Assembly: GCA_963766715.1 (NCBI GenBank)
Contig: CAVYBH010000012.1
Span: 224,001 to 288,000, forward strand
DNA length: 64,000 nt
Origin: an uncultured delta proteobacterium
Lineage (GTDB): Bacteria; Myxococcota; Myxococcia; Myxococcales; Anaeromyxobacteraceae
Direction of reading: 5' to 3'
Below the pieces are notes generated by a model, which saw only the letters and a list, made by a program, of their open reading frames with translations, searched no databases and was not told where the DNA came from. The position numbers were made by a program, and so were the translations under genes. Positions 42,117 to 55,739 of the stretch are shown one piece after another (the first letter of the stretch is position 1; the number at the start of each line of letters is the position of its first letter).

Positions 42117-43318
42117 CCGTGGTACCAGGCGCTGTACCAGGGGTGCGGGTGCAGGTTGGCGAGGTTCTCCCCGTTGAGCTTCACGAGCGCGCGTCCCAGC
42201 GGTTCCGGTGAGCCGGTGTGGAGGACCGCGTAGCGGTCGGCGGCGTACTCCTGCCGCCGCGAGACGAACGTGGCGAGGGGCGTGGCCAGGAACGTGAACG
42301 CGCCGCCGGCGAGGAGGACGATGGCGATGGCCGGCCCCCAGGAGGGCCCCGGGAAGCCGAACGCCAGGAAGAAGGCGGGCCAGCGGACCAGCAGGGACAG
42401 GATCCAGAGCCCGGCGAGCGACGAGGCGAGCCCCCAGAGAAGGCGCTTCGCGACGTGCCGGAGCTGGAAGTGGCCAATCTCGTGGGCCAGGACCGCCGCC
42501 GATTCGTCGACCGTCATCGTCGAGACGAGCGTGTCGAAGAGGACGATGCGGGGCCGCACGAGCCCCGCGAAGTAGGCGTTGGAGTGGGAGGAGCGGCGCG
42601 AGGCGTCCATCACGAAGAGCCCGCGCGACCGGAAGCCGGTGGCGGCGCAGAGCGACTCGAGGCGGTCCCGCAGCTCGCCGGGTGGCAGCGCCGAGAAGCG
42701 GTTGAAGATCGGGGCGAGCACCGACGGGTAGAGCCAGAGGAGGACGACCTGGATCGCGGCGAGGAAGGCCCAGAGCCAGAGCCACCAGAGGGCGCCGCTC
42801 GCCGTCATGAAGAGCCACGCGCCCCACAGGACGGGCACGCCCAGCACGACCGAGAGTCCGATGCCCTTGGCGCGATCGGCCAGCCAGGTGGCGAGCGTGG
42901 CCCGGTTGAAGCCGAAGCGGGCCTCGACGACGAACGTGGCGTGGAGGGAGACCGGGAGCGCCGCGAGCCAGGTCGCGGCGGACAGCCCGGCCAGGAAGAG
43001 CACGAAGCGCCACCCGCCCGTAAAGCCCGCCGCCGCCAGGCGGGCGTCGAGCCAGGGGAGGGCGCCGGAGAAGAGGAGGGCGAGCGACACCGCGGCGTCC
43101 CAGGCCATGGCGACGAGCGCCAGGCGCCCTCGCGCGAGCGTGTAGGCGAGGCTGCGTGCGGCGGTCTCCGGGGAGACCCGCCCGGCGAGCGGGGCGGGTA
43201 CGCGCGGTCCCGTGGCCCGGGCGCGGCGCAGGTTGAGCGCGAGCAGGCCCCCCTCGACGAGGAGGCGCAGGGCGAAGAACGCCAGGACGGCGATGCGGAT
43301 CCGGGCTTCCACAATCAC
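41978..43318 (-). CDS. M48 family (Ste24-like) metallopeptidase
   Basis: SNAYFAG, IVLFDTL, AVLAHEIGH, EYAAD, HPTLLER. Confidence 0.92.
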   Translation of the reverse strand: MIVEARIRIAVLAFFALRLLVEGGLLALNLRRARATGPRVPAPLAGRVSPETAARSLAYTLARGRLALVAMAWDAAVSLALLFSGALPWLDARLAAAGFTGGWRFVLFLAGLSAATWLAALPVSLHATFVVEARFGFNRATLATWLADRAKGIGLSVVLGVPVLWGAWLFMTASGALWWLWLWAFLAAIQVVLLWLYPSVLAPIFNRFSALPPGELRDRLESLCAATGFRSRGLFVMDASRRSSHSNAYFAGLVRPRIVLFDTLVSTMTVDESAAVLAHEIGHFQLRHVAKRLLWGLASSLAGLWILSLLVRWPAFFLAFGFPGPSWGPAIAIVLLAGGAFTFLATPLATFVSRRQEYAADRYAVLHTGSPEPLGRALVKLNGENLANLHPHPWYSAWYHGHPTLLERLRAFGAGSTASVEAGRHAAARRAASHTAAAAETGNRER

Positions 43319-43321
43319 GGC

Positions 43322-44818
43322 CTAGCGCCCGCGGGGCGGCGGCGCACCCCCGAGAGGGCCGGCGCGCTCGACCCGCCCGTCCCGGAGGCGAAGCTCGTGC
43401 CGGATCGACGGGACGACCTCGTCATCGTGATGGGTCACGAGCACCGTCGTGCGCCCGGCGCGGCAGAGCCGGTCCACGAGGTCCATGGCCTCCGCCCGCG
43501 CCCGCGGCTCGAGGCCGTTGAACGGCTCGTCGAGGAGCAGCACCTCCGGGTCGGTGACGAGGGCCCGCGCGAAGAGGAGCCGGCGCATCTCCCCGTAGGA
43601 GATGGCCTGGATGCTGCGCGTCGCCAGGTGTGCCGCCCCGACCGCGGCGAGCCATCCGGCGGCGGCCCTCCGTTGCTCGTCGGTGGGCTCCTCCCCGAGC
43701 CCGATGCTCCCGTGGAACCCGGAGAGCGCGACCTCGAGCCCGGTGGCGTCGCCCCGGTGGCGGGCCTGGAGATCGGGAGCCACCAGGCCGACCCGGGCGC
43801 GGACGTCGCGGACGTCGGCGCGGGTCCCGAGGTCGAGGCGGGCAATCCGGCCGTCCGGCGCGAGGTGCTCCTCGCCGACGAGCAGGCGCAGGAAGGTCGA
43901 CTTGCCGGCGCCGTTCGGGCCGCGAACCGCCCAGCTCTCCCCGCGACGCAGGGTCCAGTCGAGGTCGCGAAGCACCCTGCGCCCGTCCACCAGCACGTCT
44001 CCCCGGACCTGGAAGAGCGGCTCGCCCGCGGCCGTCCGCGACCGGGCGGGGATGGGGCCGGCGGCGGCCCGGGCCGGGAGCTCGCGCCAGGCGGCCTCCA
44101 CCACGTCGCGCGGACCGACGCGGACCACCCGTCCACCCTCCAGGATGGCCGCGTGACGCGCCTCGGGAACCACCTCCTCGGGACGGTGCGTCGCGAGCAC
44201 CGTGGCCGTGCCCTGCCGGGCCAGCGCGGACACCGCGTCGAGCACCCAGGCGCGGGACGCGGCGTCGAGGCCATTCACGAACTCGTCGAGGAGGAGGGCG
44301 CGTGGCCCGGGAGCCAGCGCCCGGGCGAGCAGCGCGCGCCTCGCCTCGCCGGTGGAGACCTCGACCAGGGGCCGCCGTCGAAGCGCGCCGAGCCCGAGCG
44401 CGCCCAGCGCGGCGTCGACCCGGCGCTCGGCGTCCGCGCCCAGCGACCCGCCGGGCCAGACGCCGTCGGTGAAGCCGCTGCGGACCACGTCCTCGACCGG
44501 GACGGCCCAGTCGCGACGTAGGTAAGCGTCCTGGGCCTCGGCGGAGACGAGCGCAATCCGCTCCCGTGCGCCGATCGGGCTCTCGGTGGGGGTCCCGTCC
44601 AGGTGGTAGAGCCGCCGGCCCCGGCTCGCCGGGTGGGGCCAGGCCTCGCCCCGGAGCAGCCGCAGGAGCGTGCTCTTCCCGGCGCCGTTCCCGCCGAAGA
44701 CGGCCCAGCTCTCCCCGTCCCGGAGCGAGAAGGAGACGCCCTCGAGCAGCGTCCGGCCCCAGAGCCGGACGTCGACGTCGTCGAGGGTGACGAGGAGGGC
44801 GCCCAAGCCGGCTGTCAT
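43322..44818 (-). CDS. Dual-domain ABC ATPase (ModF-like)
   Basis: Two NBDs: GGNGAGKS/STGE/LLLDE and GPNGAGKS/SYGE/LLLDEP; no permease adjacent. Confidence 0.82.
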   Translation of the reverse strand: MTAGLGALLVTLDDVDVRLWGRTLLEGVSFSLRDGESWAVFGGNGAGKSTLLRLLRGEAWPHPASRGRRLYHLDGTPTESPIGARERIALVSAEAQDAYLRRDWAVPVEDVVRSGFTDGVWPGGSLGADAERRVDAALGALGLGALRRRPLVEVSTGEARRALLARALAPGPRALLLDEFVNGLDAASRAWVLDAVSALARQGTATVLATHRPEEVVPEARHAAILEGGRVVRVGPRDVVEAAWRELPARAAAGPIPARSRTAAGEPLFQVRGDVLVDGRRVLRDLDWTLRRGESWAVRGPNGAGKSTFLRLLVGEEHLAPDGRIARLDLGTRADVRDVRARVGLVAPDLQARHRGDATGLEVALSGFHGSIGLGEEPTDEQRRAAAGWLAAVGAAHLATRSIQAISYGEMRRLLFARALVTDPEVLLLDEPFNGLEPRARAEAMDLVDRLCRAGRTTVLVTHHDDEVVPSIRHELRLRDGRVERAGPLGGAPPPRGR

Positions 44819-44868
44819 GCCCGACCCCGGGGCGACGCGCAACCGCCGGGAAGGGCTACAATCGGGCC

Positions 44869-46287
44869 GTGGAGGCGCGCATCGTCGAGTTCGCCCGGCT
44901 GCTCCGGCAGAACGGGGTCCGGGTCTCGCCCGCCGAGGCGGCCGACGCGGTGCGGGCCGCGGCCCTGGCCGGCGTGGCCAATCGCGAGACCTTCCGGGCG
45001 GCGTTGCGGTCCACCCTCGTGAAGCGAGGCGCCGACGCCGCCACCTTCGACCGGCTCTTCGCCCTCTACTTCTCCGGGCTCGCCCGCGTCGTCGAGGCGC
45101 TCGAGAAGTCGGTGCTGCGCGACCTGGAGGAGAGCGGCATCCTCGAGGGGGACGAGCTGACCATGGCGGCCATGACGCTCTCGCGCCTGTCGCCGCGCCT
45201 CTCTCCGCTCGCCCGGGCGGCCCTCACGGGCGATGCGGCGCTGCTGGCGCGGCTGCTCCGCGGCGCGGCCCTCACGCTCGACTTCTCCGGTCTCGAGGCC
45301 CAGACCCAGCTCGGCTTCTACGCGCGGCGCCTCCTCGCGGGGGCCGGCGGCGCCGGCCTCGCCGCGGAGATGGAGGGCTTCCCGCGGGCGCTCCGCGAGG
45401 CGGGCCTCGACCCGGCGCGCCTGGAGCTGGTGATGGAGCGGGTGCGGCGCGCGCTCGCGTCGGTCGAGGACGCCGCCCGGCGGTACGCGGAGCTGGAGCG
45501 GGAGGCCCGCTCGGAGCGCAGGCGCGAGGGATCGCTCGCCCAGCGCGCCTTTGCGACGCTCTCCCGGGAGGAGATCGTCCGGACCGAGAAGGCCGTCCGC
45601 CGCCTCGCCGAGCGGCTGCGCGACCGCCTGGCCCGGCGGGAACGCTCCCGGCGCCGGGGCGCCCTGAACGTCCGCCGCACGCTGCGGCGGAACCTGGCCT
45701 GGGGCGGGATCCCCGCGAGGCTGGCTTTCCGCGCCCGCCACCGGGCCCGCCCCGACGTGGTGGTGCTCTGCGACGTCTCCGACTCCGTCCGCCACGTCTC
45801 GCGGCTCATGCTGGTCTTCGTGCACACGCTCCAGTCGCTCTTCTCGCACGTGCGGAGCTTCGTCTTCGTGTCGGACCTGGGCGAGGTGACCGACGCCTTC
45901 CGCTCGGAGCGGGACGTGGCCCGCGCCGCCGACCTCGCCACGGCGGGACGGGCGGTGAGCCTGGCGGGGAACTCCAACTACGGCCGCGCCCTGGTCTCGT
46001 TTCACCGGCAGTACCTGGGAGCGGTGACCTCCCGCACCACCGTCATCGTCATCGGCGACGGGCGGACCAATTACCTCGCGCCCGAGTCGTGGGTGCTGCG
46101 GGAAATCCGGCGACGGGCGCGGCGCGTCCTGTGGATCTGCCCGGAGGAGCGCTGGGCCTGGGGGAGCGGGGACAGCGAGATGCCGATCTACGCCGCGCAG
46201 GTCGACCGGGTCGCCACCGCCACGCGCCTCTCCGACCTCGAGGAGATCGCCGAGGCGCTCCTCCCGCGCGCCGCCGCCCGGGGTTGA
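44869..46287 (+). CDS. VWA domain-containing CoxE-like protein
   Basis: FARLLR..GV.VS, NVRRTLR, LCDVSDS (MIDAS), IGDGRTN. Confidence 0.88.
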   Translation: MEARIVEFARLLRQNGVRVSPAEAADAVRAAALAGVANRETFRAALRSTLVKRGADAATFDRLFALYFSGLARVVEALEKSVLRDLEESGILEGDELTMAAMTLSRLSPRLSPLARAALTGDAALLARLLRGAALTLDFSGLEAQTQLGFYARRLLAGAGGAGLAAEMEGFPRALREAGLDPARLELVMERVRRALASVEDAARRYAELEREARSERRREGSLAQRAFATLSREEIVRTEKAVRRLAERLRDRLARRERSRRRGALNVRRTLRRNLAWGGIPARLAFRARHRARPDVVVLCDVSDSVRHVSRLMLVFVHTLQSLFSHVRSFVFVSDLGEVTDAFRSERDVARAADLATAGRAVSLAGNSNYGRALVSFHRQYLGAVTSRTTVIVIGDGRTNYLAPESWVLREIRRRARRVLWICPEERWAWGSGDSEMPIYAAQVDRVATATRLSDLEEIAEALLPRAAARG

Positions 46288-46312
46288 CGGCCCCGGGCCT
46301 TCGCCCTACGTT
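46284..46312 (+). promoter_or_regulatory. Putative sigma70 promoter of miaB
   Basis: TTGACG-N17-TACGTT, 10 nt before ATG 46323. Confidence 0.5.
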
Positions 46313-46322
46313 CCGTCGCCCG

Positions 46323-47713
46323 ATGTCCGACCTGGTACCCCTCCGAAGGCCCGGCGCGGCCGCCGCCGGCGAGACTCCCGAGCCCTCCGCCGTCCGGAAG
46401 GTCTACGTCCACACGTTCGGATGCCAGATGAACGAGTCGGACAGCGACCGGATGGTGGAGGCGTTGGCGGGGCGGGCCTGGTCGCGCACCGCCCACCCCG
46501 AGGACGCCGACCTCATCCTCCTCAACACCTGCTCGGTGCGGGAGAAGGCGGAGCAGAAGCTCCTCTCCGCGCTGGGGCGATACCGGGAGCACAAGGCCCG
46601 CCGGGGCGCCCTCATCGCGGTGGGGGGCTGCGTGGCCCAGCAGGAGAAGGAGGCCCTGCTGAAGCGCGTGCCCTACGTCGACTTCGTGTTCGGCCCCGAC
46701 CACGTGGGGCGCCTGCCGGAGATGGTGGCCCGGGCCGACGGCCGGGAGCGGTTCGTCGAGACCGGCTGGATGGACTCGGAGGAGTACGTCTTCCCCCGCG
46801 CCGACGCCGAGGCGGCCCGCGGACGCGCCAGCGCCTTCGTCACCGCCATGAAGGGCTGCGACAACGTCTGCTCCTTCTGCATCGTGCCGCGCACCCGGGG
46901 GCGCGAGGTCTCGCGCCCGTACCCGGAGATCGCGGCCGAGGTCGGGGAGCTGGCCTCGGTGGGCGTGCGCGAGGTCACCCTGATCGGCCAGAACGTGAAC
47001 TCGTACCGGGGCGGCTGCAGCTTCGCCTCGCTGCTGCGACGGGTCGCGGCGGTCCCGGGCATCGAGCGGGTCCGCTTCACGACCAGCCACCCGCACAATC
47101 TCTCCGACGAGCTCGTCCTGGCCTTCCGGGACGAGCCCCGGATCATGCCGCACTTCCACCTGCCGGTTCAGTCCGGCTCCGACGCGGTGCTCCGCCGCAT
47201 GCGGCGCGACTACGGGGTGGAGGAGTACCTGGAGCGCCACCGCAGGCTCACCGAGGCCCGCCCGGGCATCGCGGTCACCACCGACTTCATCGTCGGCTTC
47301 CCCGGCGAGACCGACGAGGACTTCGAGGCCTCGCTCCGGCTGCTGCGGACGGCCCGCTTCGACAACTCCTTCAGCTTCGTCTTCAGCCCCCGCCCGCACA
47401 CCGGTGCGGCGCTCCGGCTCGGCAGCGCGCCCGAGTGGCAGGAGGTGCCGCGGGCGGTGTCGGTGGAGCGGCTGGAGCGGCTCCAGGCCGAGCAGCGGGT
47501 CATCGCCGTGGCGGTCCTGGCCGAGCAGCTGGGTCGGGAGGTCGAGGTCCTGGTCGAGGGCGTCTCCGACGACGGCGGCCACATGGGGCGCACGCCCGAG
47601 AACCGGATCGTCCACCTGGAGTCGCACGGCCGGGAGCTTCCCCCGGGTCCCTGGTCCGGGCGCGCGTCGTTCGCGCCGGGCACAGCTCGCTCGGGGCGGA
47701 GCTGGCCGCGTGA
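46323..47713 (+). CDS. miaB: tRNA-2-methylthio-N6-dimethylallyladenosine synthase (frameshift near 47645)
   Basis: TFGCQMNESDS, NTCSVREKAE, GCVAQ, GCDNVCSFCIVP, GQNVNSY, IVGFPGET, TRAM domain. Confidence 0.95.
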
Positions 47714-48087
47714 AGCGCGCCGCCTGGGCCTTCTTCCCCGCGCTGGCCTACGCGGGGCTGATCTTCTACCTGTCCTCGCGCTCCGACCCGCTTCCCTTCC
47801 TCCCGCCCGCCTTCTTCCAGCAGGACAAGCTGCTGCACGCCGCCGAGTACGCGGTCCTGGGTGCGCTGCTCGTCCCGGCCCTCCGGCTGGCGGGGTTACG
47901 GCCCGGGCTCGCGCTCGTGGGCGCCATCCTCCTCGCGAGCGCCTTCGGAGCCAGCGACGAGATCCACCAGTCCTACGTGCCGGCCCGGACCGCCGACGCC
48001 GCCGACTGGGCGGCCGATACCGTGGGAGCCGCAATCGGCGCCTCCCTGGCGGCCGCCTTCTTGCGGCGTCCCCGGGGCGCGGGCTAG
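47710..48087 (+). CDS. VanZ-like membrane protein
   Basis: IFYLSS, DKLLHAAEY, SDEIHQSYVP.R, DWAAD. Confidence 0.88.
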   Translation: MKRAAWAFFPALAYAGLIFYLSSRSDPLPFLPPAFFQQDKLLHAAEYAVLGALLVPALRLAGLRPGLALVGAILLASAFGASDEIHQSYVPARTADAADWAADTVGAAIGASLAAAFLRRPRGAG

Positions 48088-48101
48088 CATCCCCCACGAA
48101 C

Positions 48102-48632
48102 ATGGCCCTGATACGCGCGTTTGGAGGGAAGGCGCCGCGGCTCGACGACAGCGTCTGGGTGGCGGAGGGCGCGGTGATCGTCGGGGACGTCGAGATCGGC
48201 CCGGCTTCCTCCGTCTGGTTCGGCGCGGTGGTGCGGGGAGACGTGAACCACATCCGGATCGGGGCTCGCACGAACGTCCAGGACTACTGCGTGCTCCACG
48301 TCACCAGCCGGACCCACGCCACGGTCGTCGGGGACGACGTGACCCTCGGGCACCGGGTCACGCTGCACGGCTGCACGGTCAAGGACCGCTGCCTGGTGGG
48401 CATCGGCGCCGTGGTGATGGACGGGGCCGTCGTGGGCGAGGACGCCATGGTGGGCGCCGGCGCCCTGGTGCCGCCCGGGATGGTCGTGCCGCCGGGCATG
48501 CTGGCGGTGGGCTCCCCCGCCAAGGTGAAGCGGGAGCTCACCCGCGAGGAGATCGAGTACTTCCGGAGATCGGCCGCGAACTACGCCGGGTACGCCGAGC
48601 AGTACCGGAGAGAGGGCTGGGCCGGGCGATGA
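48102..48632 (+). CDS. Gamma carbonic anhydrase family protein
   Basis: Hexapeptide repeats, VRGDVN, NVQD..VLH, GH..LHGC. Confidence 0.92.
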   Translation: MALIRAFGGKAPRLDDSVWVAEGAVIVGDVEIGPASSVWFGAVVRGDVNHIRIGARTNVQDYCVLHVTSRTHATVVGDDVTLGHRVTLHGCTVKDRCLVGIGAVVMDGAVVGEDAMVGAGALVPPGMVVPPGMLAVGSPAKVKRELTREEIEYFRRSAANYAGYAEQYRREGWAGR

Positions 48633-49084
48633 CCGTCATCGAGGCGCTCCAGAAGTCGACGCTGTTCCGCGAGTTCAGCGAGACGGGGCTCAAGATCTTC
48701 GCGGCCATCGCCACGGAGAAGAGCATCCCCGCCGGTGCCCCGCTCTTCGCCGAGAACATGGTCGGCGAGTCGATGTTCATCGTGAAGAGCGGAAGCGTGC
48801 GGATCGTCAGCCACGACTCCGGGCCCGATCGGGCGCTGGCCATCCTGGGCGCCGGCGAGCACCTGGGCGAGCTGGCGCTGCTCGCGCGCAGCGTCCGGCT
48901 GGTGTCGGCGGTGGCCGAGACGCCCTGCGAGCTCGTCGAGATCAGCCAGCGGGACTTCTACCGGCTGCAGCCCCAGAAGCCCCAGGCCTGCCTCAAGCTG
49001 GCGCTGGCCATCGCCGCCGACCTGGCCCGGAAGATGGCCGAGGGGCGCGACGCCCTGCGAACGCTCGCCGAGCCCAAGGGCTAG
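48629..49084 (+). CDS. Stand-alone cyclic nucleotide-binding domain protein
   Basis: LF.E, MFIVKSGSV, GEHLGELALL...R.VSAVA; no HTH. Confidence 0.85.
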   Translation: MTVIEALQKSTLFREFSETGLKIFAAIATEKSIPAGAPLFAENMVGESMFIVKSGSVRIVSHDSGPDRALAILGAGEHLGELALLARSVRLVSAVAETPCELVEISQRDFYRLQPQKPQACLKLALAIAADLARKMAEGRDALRTLAEPKG

Positions 49085-49103
49085 CGGTCGGAGAGGGCAC
49101 GGC

Positions 49104-49775
49104 GTGCTGGAGCGTCTCGTCGATCACCTGCAGTCCCAGTCCCTCGGCCTGGGGTACGCCGCCGTGTTCGGGCTCCTGCTCGCGGCCGGCTTCGGATTCC
49201 CCCTGCCCGAGGACGTGCCGCTCATCGCCGGCGGCGTCCTCGCCTGGCTGGCCTCCCCCATGGAGTCGGTCTCGCTGGCCGGGATGCTCGCCGACACCGG
49301 CTTCCAGGGAATGGTGGCCGTGGGAATGGCCGGGATCCTGGTGGGCGACTCGGTCATCTACTGGGCGGGGAGGAGGGTCGGGCGCCGCGTGGCCGAGATC
49401 TGGCCCTTCCGGCGCATGATCACGCCCGAGAAGCTGGAGCGGGTGGAGCGGCTCCTGCGGCAGCGAGGGAAGGTCGTCGTGATGGTGGCCCGGTTCCTCC
49501 CCGGGTTGCGGGCGCCCACCTACTTCACCGTGGGGCACTCGCGCGTCCCGTTCTGGGAGTTCCTGCTCTTCGACGGGCTGGCCGCGCTGGTGTCCGCGCC
49601 GCTCTGGGTCTGCCTGGGATTCTGGTTCGGCGACGACATCGAGCGGGCCGCGAGGGCAGGGTCGCAGTTCGGCGGCTACATCCTGACCGGCGTCCTCGTC
49701 GTCGTCGCCCTGCTGCTCGGGCGAGCCTGGCTCCAGCGGAGGCGCGAGAAGCGCACCGCACCGCCCGCCGGCTAA
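49104..49775 (+). CDS. DedA family membrane protein
   Basis: GFPLPED, GDSVIYWAGR, ARFLPGLR. Confidence 0.9.
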   Translation: MLERLVDHLQSQSLGLGYAAVFGLLLAAGFGFPLPEDVPLIAGGVLAWLASPMESVSLAGMLADTGFQGMVAVGMAGILVGDSVIYWAGRRVGRRVAEIWPFRRMITPEKLERVERLLRQRGKVVVMVARFLPGLRAPTYFTVGHSRVPFWEFLLFDGLAALVSAPLWVCLGFWFGDDIERAARAGSQFGGYILTGVLVVVALLLGRAWLQRRREKRTAPPAG

Positions 49776-49791
49776 AGCCCGTCCCGCCTCG

Positions 49792-53213
<3,422 letters not shown>

Positions 53214-53220
53214 GGGACCC

Positions 53221-54777
53221 ATGGACATCCACAGCGAGAAGATCCTCGTCCTCGATTTCGGTTCCCAGTACACCCAGCTCATCGCCCGCCGGCTCCGCGA
53301 GCTGGGCGTCTACTGCGAGATCCACCCCTGCACCATGTCCGGGACGGCCATGCGGGCCTGGAACCCGCGCGGCGTGGTCCTGTCGGGGGGGCCGGCGAGC
53401 GTGCTCGCCGAGGGCAGCCCGCGCGTCGACCGCACGGTCTGGGACCTGGGCGTCCCGGTGCTCGGCATCTGCTACGGGCTGCAGCTCATCGCCCACGAGC
53501 TGGGCGGCAAGGTCGACCGGGCCGCTCACCGGGAGTACGGGCCGGCGACCATCGACGCCCGCGGGGAGTCGCCCCTGTTCCGCGGCCTGCCCGGGAAGCT
53601 CGACGTCTGGATGAGCCACGGCGACCGGGTCGAGGCCCTGCCGCCCGGGTTCGAGCCGGTGGCGTCGACCGGAAACGCGCCGTTCGCCGCGGTGGAGGAC
53701 GCGCGCCGGCGCATCTACGGCGTGCAGTTCCATCCCGAGGTGGTCCACACGCCCCGGGGAGCGGAGCTGCTCCGGAACTTCGCCATCGGGGTCTGCGGGG
53801 TGTCCGGCTCCTGGTCGATGCGCGCCTACGTCGACGTGGCGGTGGAGCAGATCCGCGCCCAGGTCGGCGACGGGCACGCCATCTGCGCGCTCTCCGGCGG
53901 CGTCGACTCGGCGGTGGCGGCGGTGCTCGTGCACCGGGCCATCGGGGACCGCCTGCGGTGCATCTTCGTGGACAACGGCGTGCTGCGCGCCGGGGAGCGG
54001 GAGCAGGTCGAGAAGGTCTTCGGCCAGATGTTCCACCTGCCGCTCGTCACGGTCGACGCCCGCTTCCGCTTCCTCGCCAAGCTGGCCGGGGTCACCGACC
54101 CGGAGCAGAAGCGCAAGATCATCGGGCGCGAGTTCATCGCCGTCTTCGAGGAGGAGGTCGAGCGGCTCTCGAGGGATGGGGAGCGGGCGGAGTTCCTCGT
54201 GCAGGGGACCCTCTACCCCGACGTCATCGAGAGCGTGTCCTTCAAGGGACCGTCCGCCACCATCAAGAGCCACCACAACGTGGGCGGCCTCCCGGAGGTG
54301 ATGAAGCTCGCGCTCGTCGAGCCGCTGCGGGAGCTCTTCAAGGACGAGGTGCGCAGGCTGGGCGTCGAGCTCGGCCTCCCGCCGGAGTCGGTCCAGCGCC
54401 AGCCCTTCCCGGGTCCGGGGCTCGCCATCCGCGTCCTCGGCGAGGTCACCGAGGAGAAGCTCGAGGTCCTTCGCCGGGCCGACGCCATCGTCCAGGAGGA
54501 GGTCCGGAAGGCCGGCCTGTACGAGAAGCTCTGGCAGTCCTTCGCGGTGCTCCTGCCGGTCCGGAGCGTGGGAGTCATGGGCGACGAGCGGACCTACGAG
54601 GCGACCTGCGCCATCCGGTCCGTGGACTCCACGGACGGGATGACGGGGGACTGGTCCCGCCTGCCGTACGACCTCCTGGCCCGGCTCTCCACCCGGATCA
54701 TCAACGAGGTCAGGGGAATCAACCGGGTGGTCTACGACATCTCGTCGAAGCCGCCCGCGACCATCGAGTGGGAATGA
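53221..54777 (+). CDS. guaA: GMP synthase (glutamine-hydrolysing)
   Basis: [46 protein letters not shown]. Confidence 0.97.
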   Translation: MDIHSEKILVLDFGSQYTQLIARRLRELGVYCEIHPCTMSGTAMRAWNPRGVVLSGGPASVLAEGSPRVDRTVWDLGVPVLGICYGLQLIAHELGGKVDRAAHREYGPATIDARGESPLFRGLPGKLDVWMSHGDRVEALPPGFEPVASTGNAPFAAVEDARRRIYGVQFHPEVVHTPRGAELLRNFAIGVCGVSGSWSMRAYVDVAVEQIRAQVGDGHAICALSGGVDSAVAAVLVHRAIGDRLRCIFVDNGVLRAGEREQVEKVFGQMFHLPLVTVDARFRFLAKLAGVTDPEQKRKIIGREFIAVFEEEVERLSRDGERAEFLVQGTLYPDVIESVSFKGPSATIKSHHNVGGLPEVMKLALVEPLRELFKDEVRRLGVELGLPPESVQRQPFPGPGLAIRVLGEVTEEKLEVLRRADAIVQEEVRKAGLYEKLWQSFAVLLPVRSVGVMGDERTYEATCAIRSVDSTDGMTGDWSRLPYDLLARLSTRIINEVRGINRVVYDISSKPPATIEWE

Positions 54778-54891
54778 CGCAGCGCGCCTGAGCCGGGGAC
54801 GCCCCCCTCGGGCCCCGTTCGCCCCCGACCCAGGCGGGATTGCGGCGTCTTCGGCTTGCCGGAAGGCCCCGCTCGGAGCAATAACGAGCAA

Positions 54892-55719
54892 ATGCCCGTT
54901 TTCCGAGCGCCCCTGCGCGCGCTGCTCGTCCTCCTGTCCCTGGTCATCGCAACTCCCTCCTCGTGGGCCCAGGCGCCCGCCGCCGCACCCGCGCCGGCCG
55001 CCACTGCTGCGCCGGCGGCCGCGGCTGCGCCGTCGCCTGGGCTGGCCGCGCTCCTGGCCGAGATCGACGCCAACTGGGCGATCCGCGATCAGCCCGGGAA
55101 GATGGACGTCGACCTCGCCCTGCTCCAGAAGGCCGAGAAGCTCGCCCCCAACGACTACGAGGTCGTCTGGCGCCTGGCGCGCCACTACTACTGGCTCGCC
55201 GACGACCCTTCGGCCCCGAACGAGGAGAAGGCCCGCACCGGCAAGATCACCTGGGACGTCGGCGATCGCGCCACGCAGATCAATCCGGGCCGGGTGGAAG
55301 GGTGGTTCTACGCCTCCGCCGGCGTCGGCATGTACTCGATCGGCATCAGCATCATCAAGGCGCTGCTCGACGGGATGGAGTCGAAGTACCTCGACAGGCT
55401 CAAGCGGTCGCAGGCCGCCGACCCGTCCTACTACGGCTACGGGGGCGACGTGTCGTGGGGGCGCTACTACTACGAGCTGCCCTGGCCCAAGTACGACGGG
55501 GAGAAGAGCGAGCAGGCCTTCCGCAAGGCGCTGCGCAACTACCCGAAGAACCTCCGCGCCAAGGTCTACCTGGCCGAGCTGTACATCAAGGAAGACCACC
55601 CGGAGGAGGCGAGGAAGCTGCTCGAGGCCGTGCTCGCCGCCAAGCCGGGCGAGTACGACGCGCCGGAGGAACGGCGCGCCCAGGGGCTGGCGCGCGCCGC
55701 CCTCGCCAAGATCAAGTAG
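54892..55719 (+). CDS. Secreted TPR protein (RMDN/TatT-like helical repeat)
   Basis: Signal peptide ending WA-QA, Ala/Pro linker, YEVVWRLAR, GRYYYELPW TPR helices. Confidence 0.7.
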   Translation: MPVFRAPLRALLVLLSLVIATPSSWAQAPAAAPAPAATAAPAAAAAPSPGLAALLAEIDANWAIRDQPGKMDVDLALLQKAEKLAPNDYEVVWRLARHYYWLADDPSAPNEEKARTGKITWDVGDRATQINPGRVEGWFYASAGVGMYSIGISIIKALLDGMESKYLDRLKRSQAADPSYYGYGGDVSWGRYYYELPWPKYDGEKSEQAFRKALRNYPKNLRAKVYLAELYIKEDHPEEARKLLEAVLAAKPGEYDAPEERRAQGLARAALAKIK

Positions 55720-55739
55720 AGTTCACCCAGGGAGGAAGC

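Noticed and set aside
403..47713. Programmed frameshifting or true pseudogenes as the explanation for split genes
   Set aside because: No consistent slippery heptamers; breaks are scattered and hit essential genes, so assembly error is more parsimonious
44670..48632. Apparent 1320-aa MiaB-gamma carbonic anhydrase fusion
   Set aside because: Produced by the miaB frameshift and open shadow frames; miaB, vanZ and the carbonic anhydrase gene have their own starts and stops
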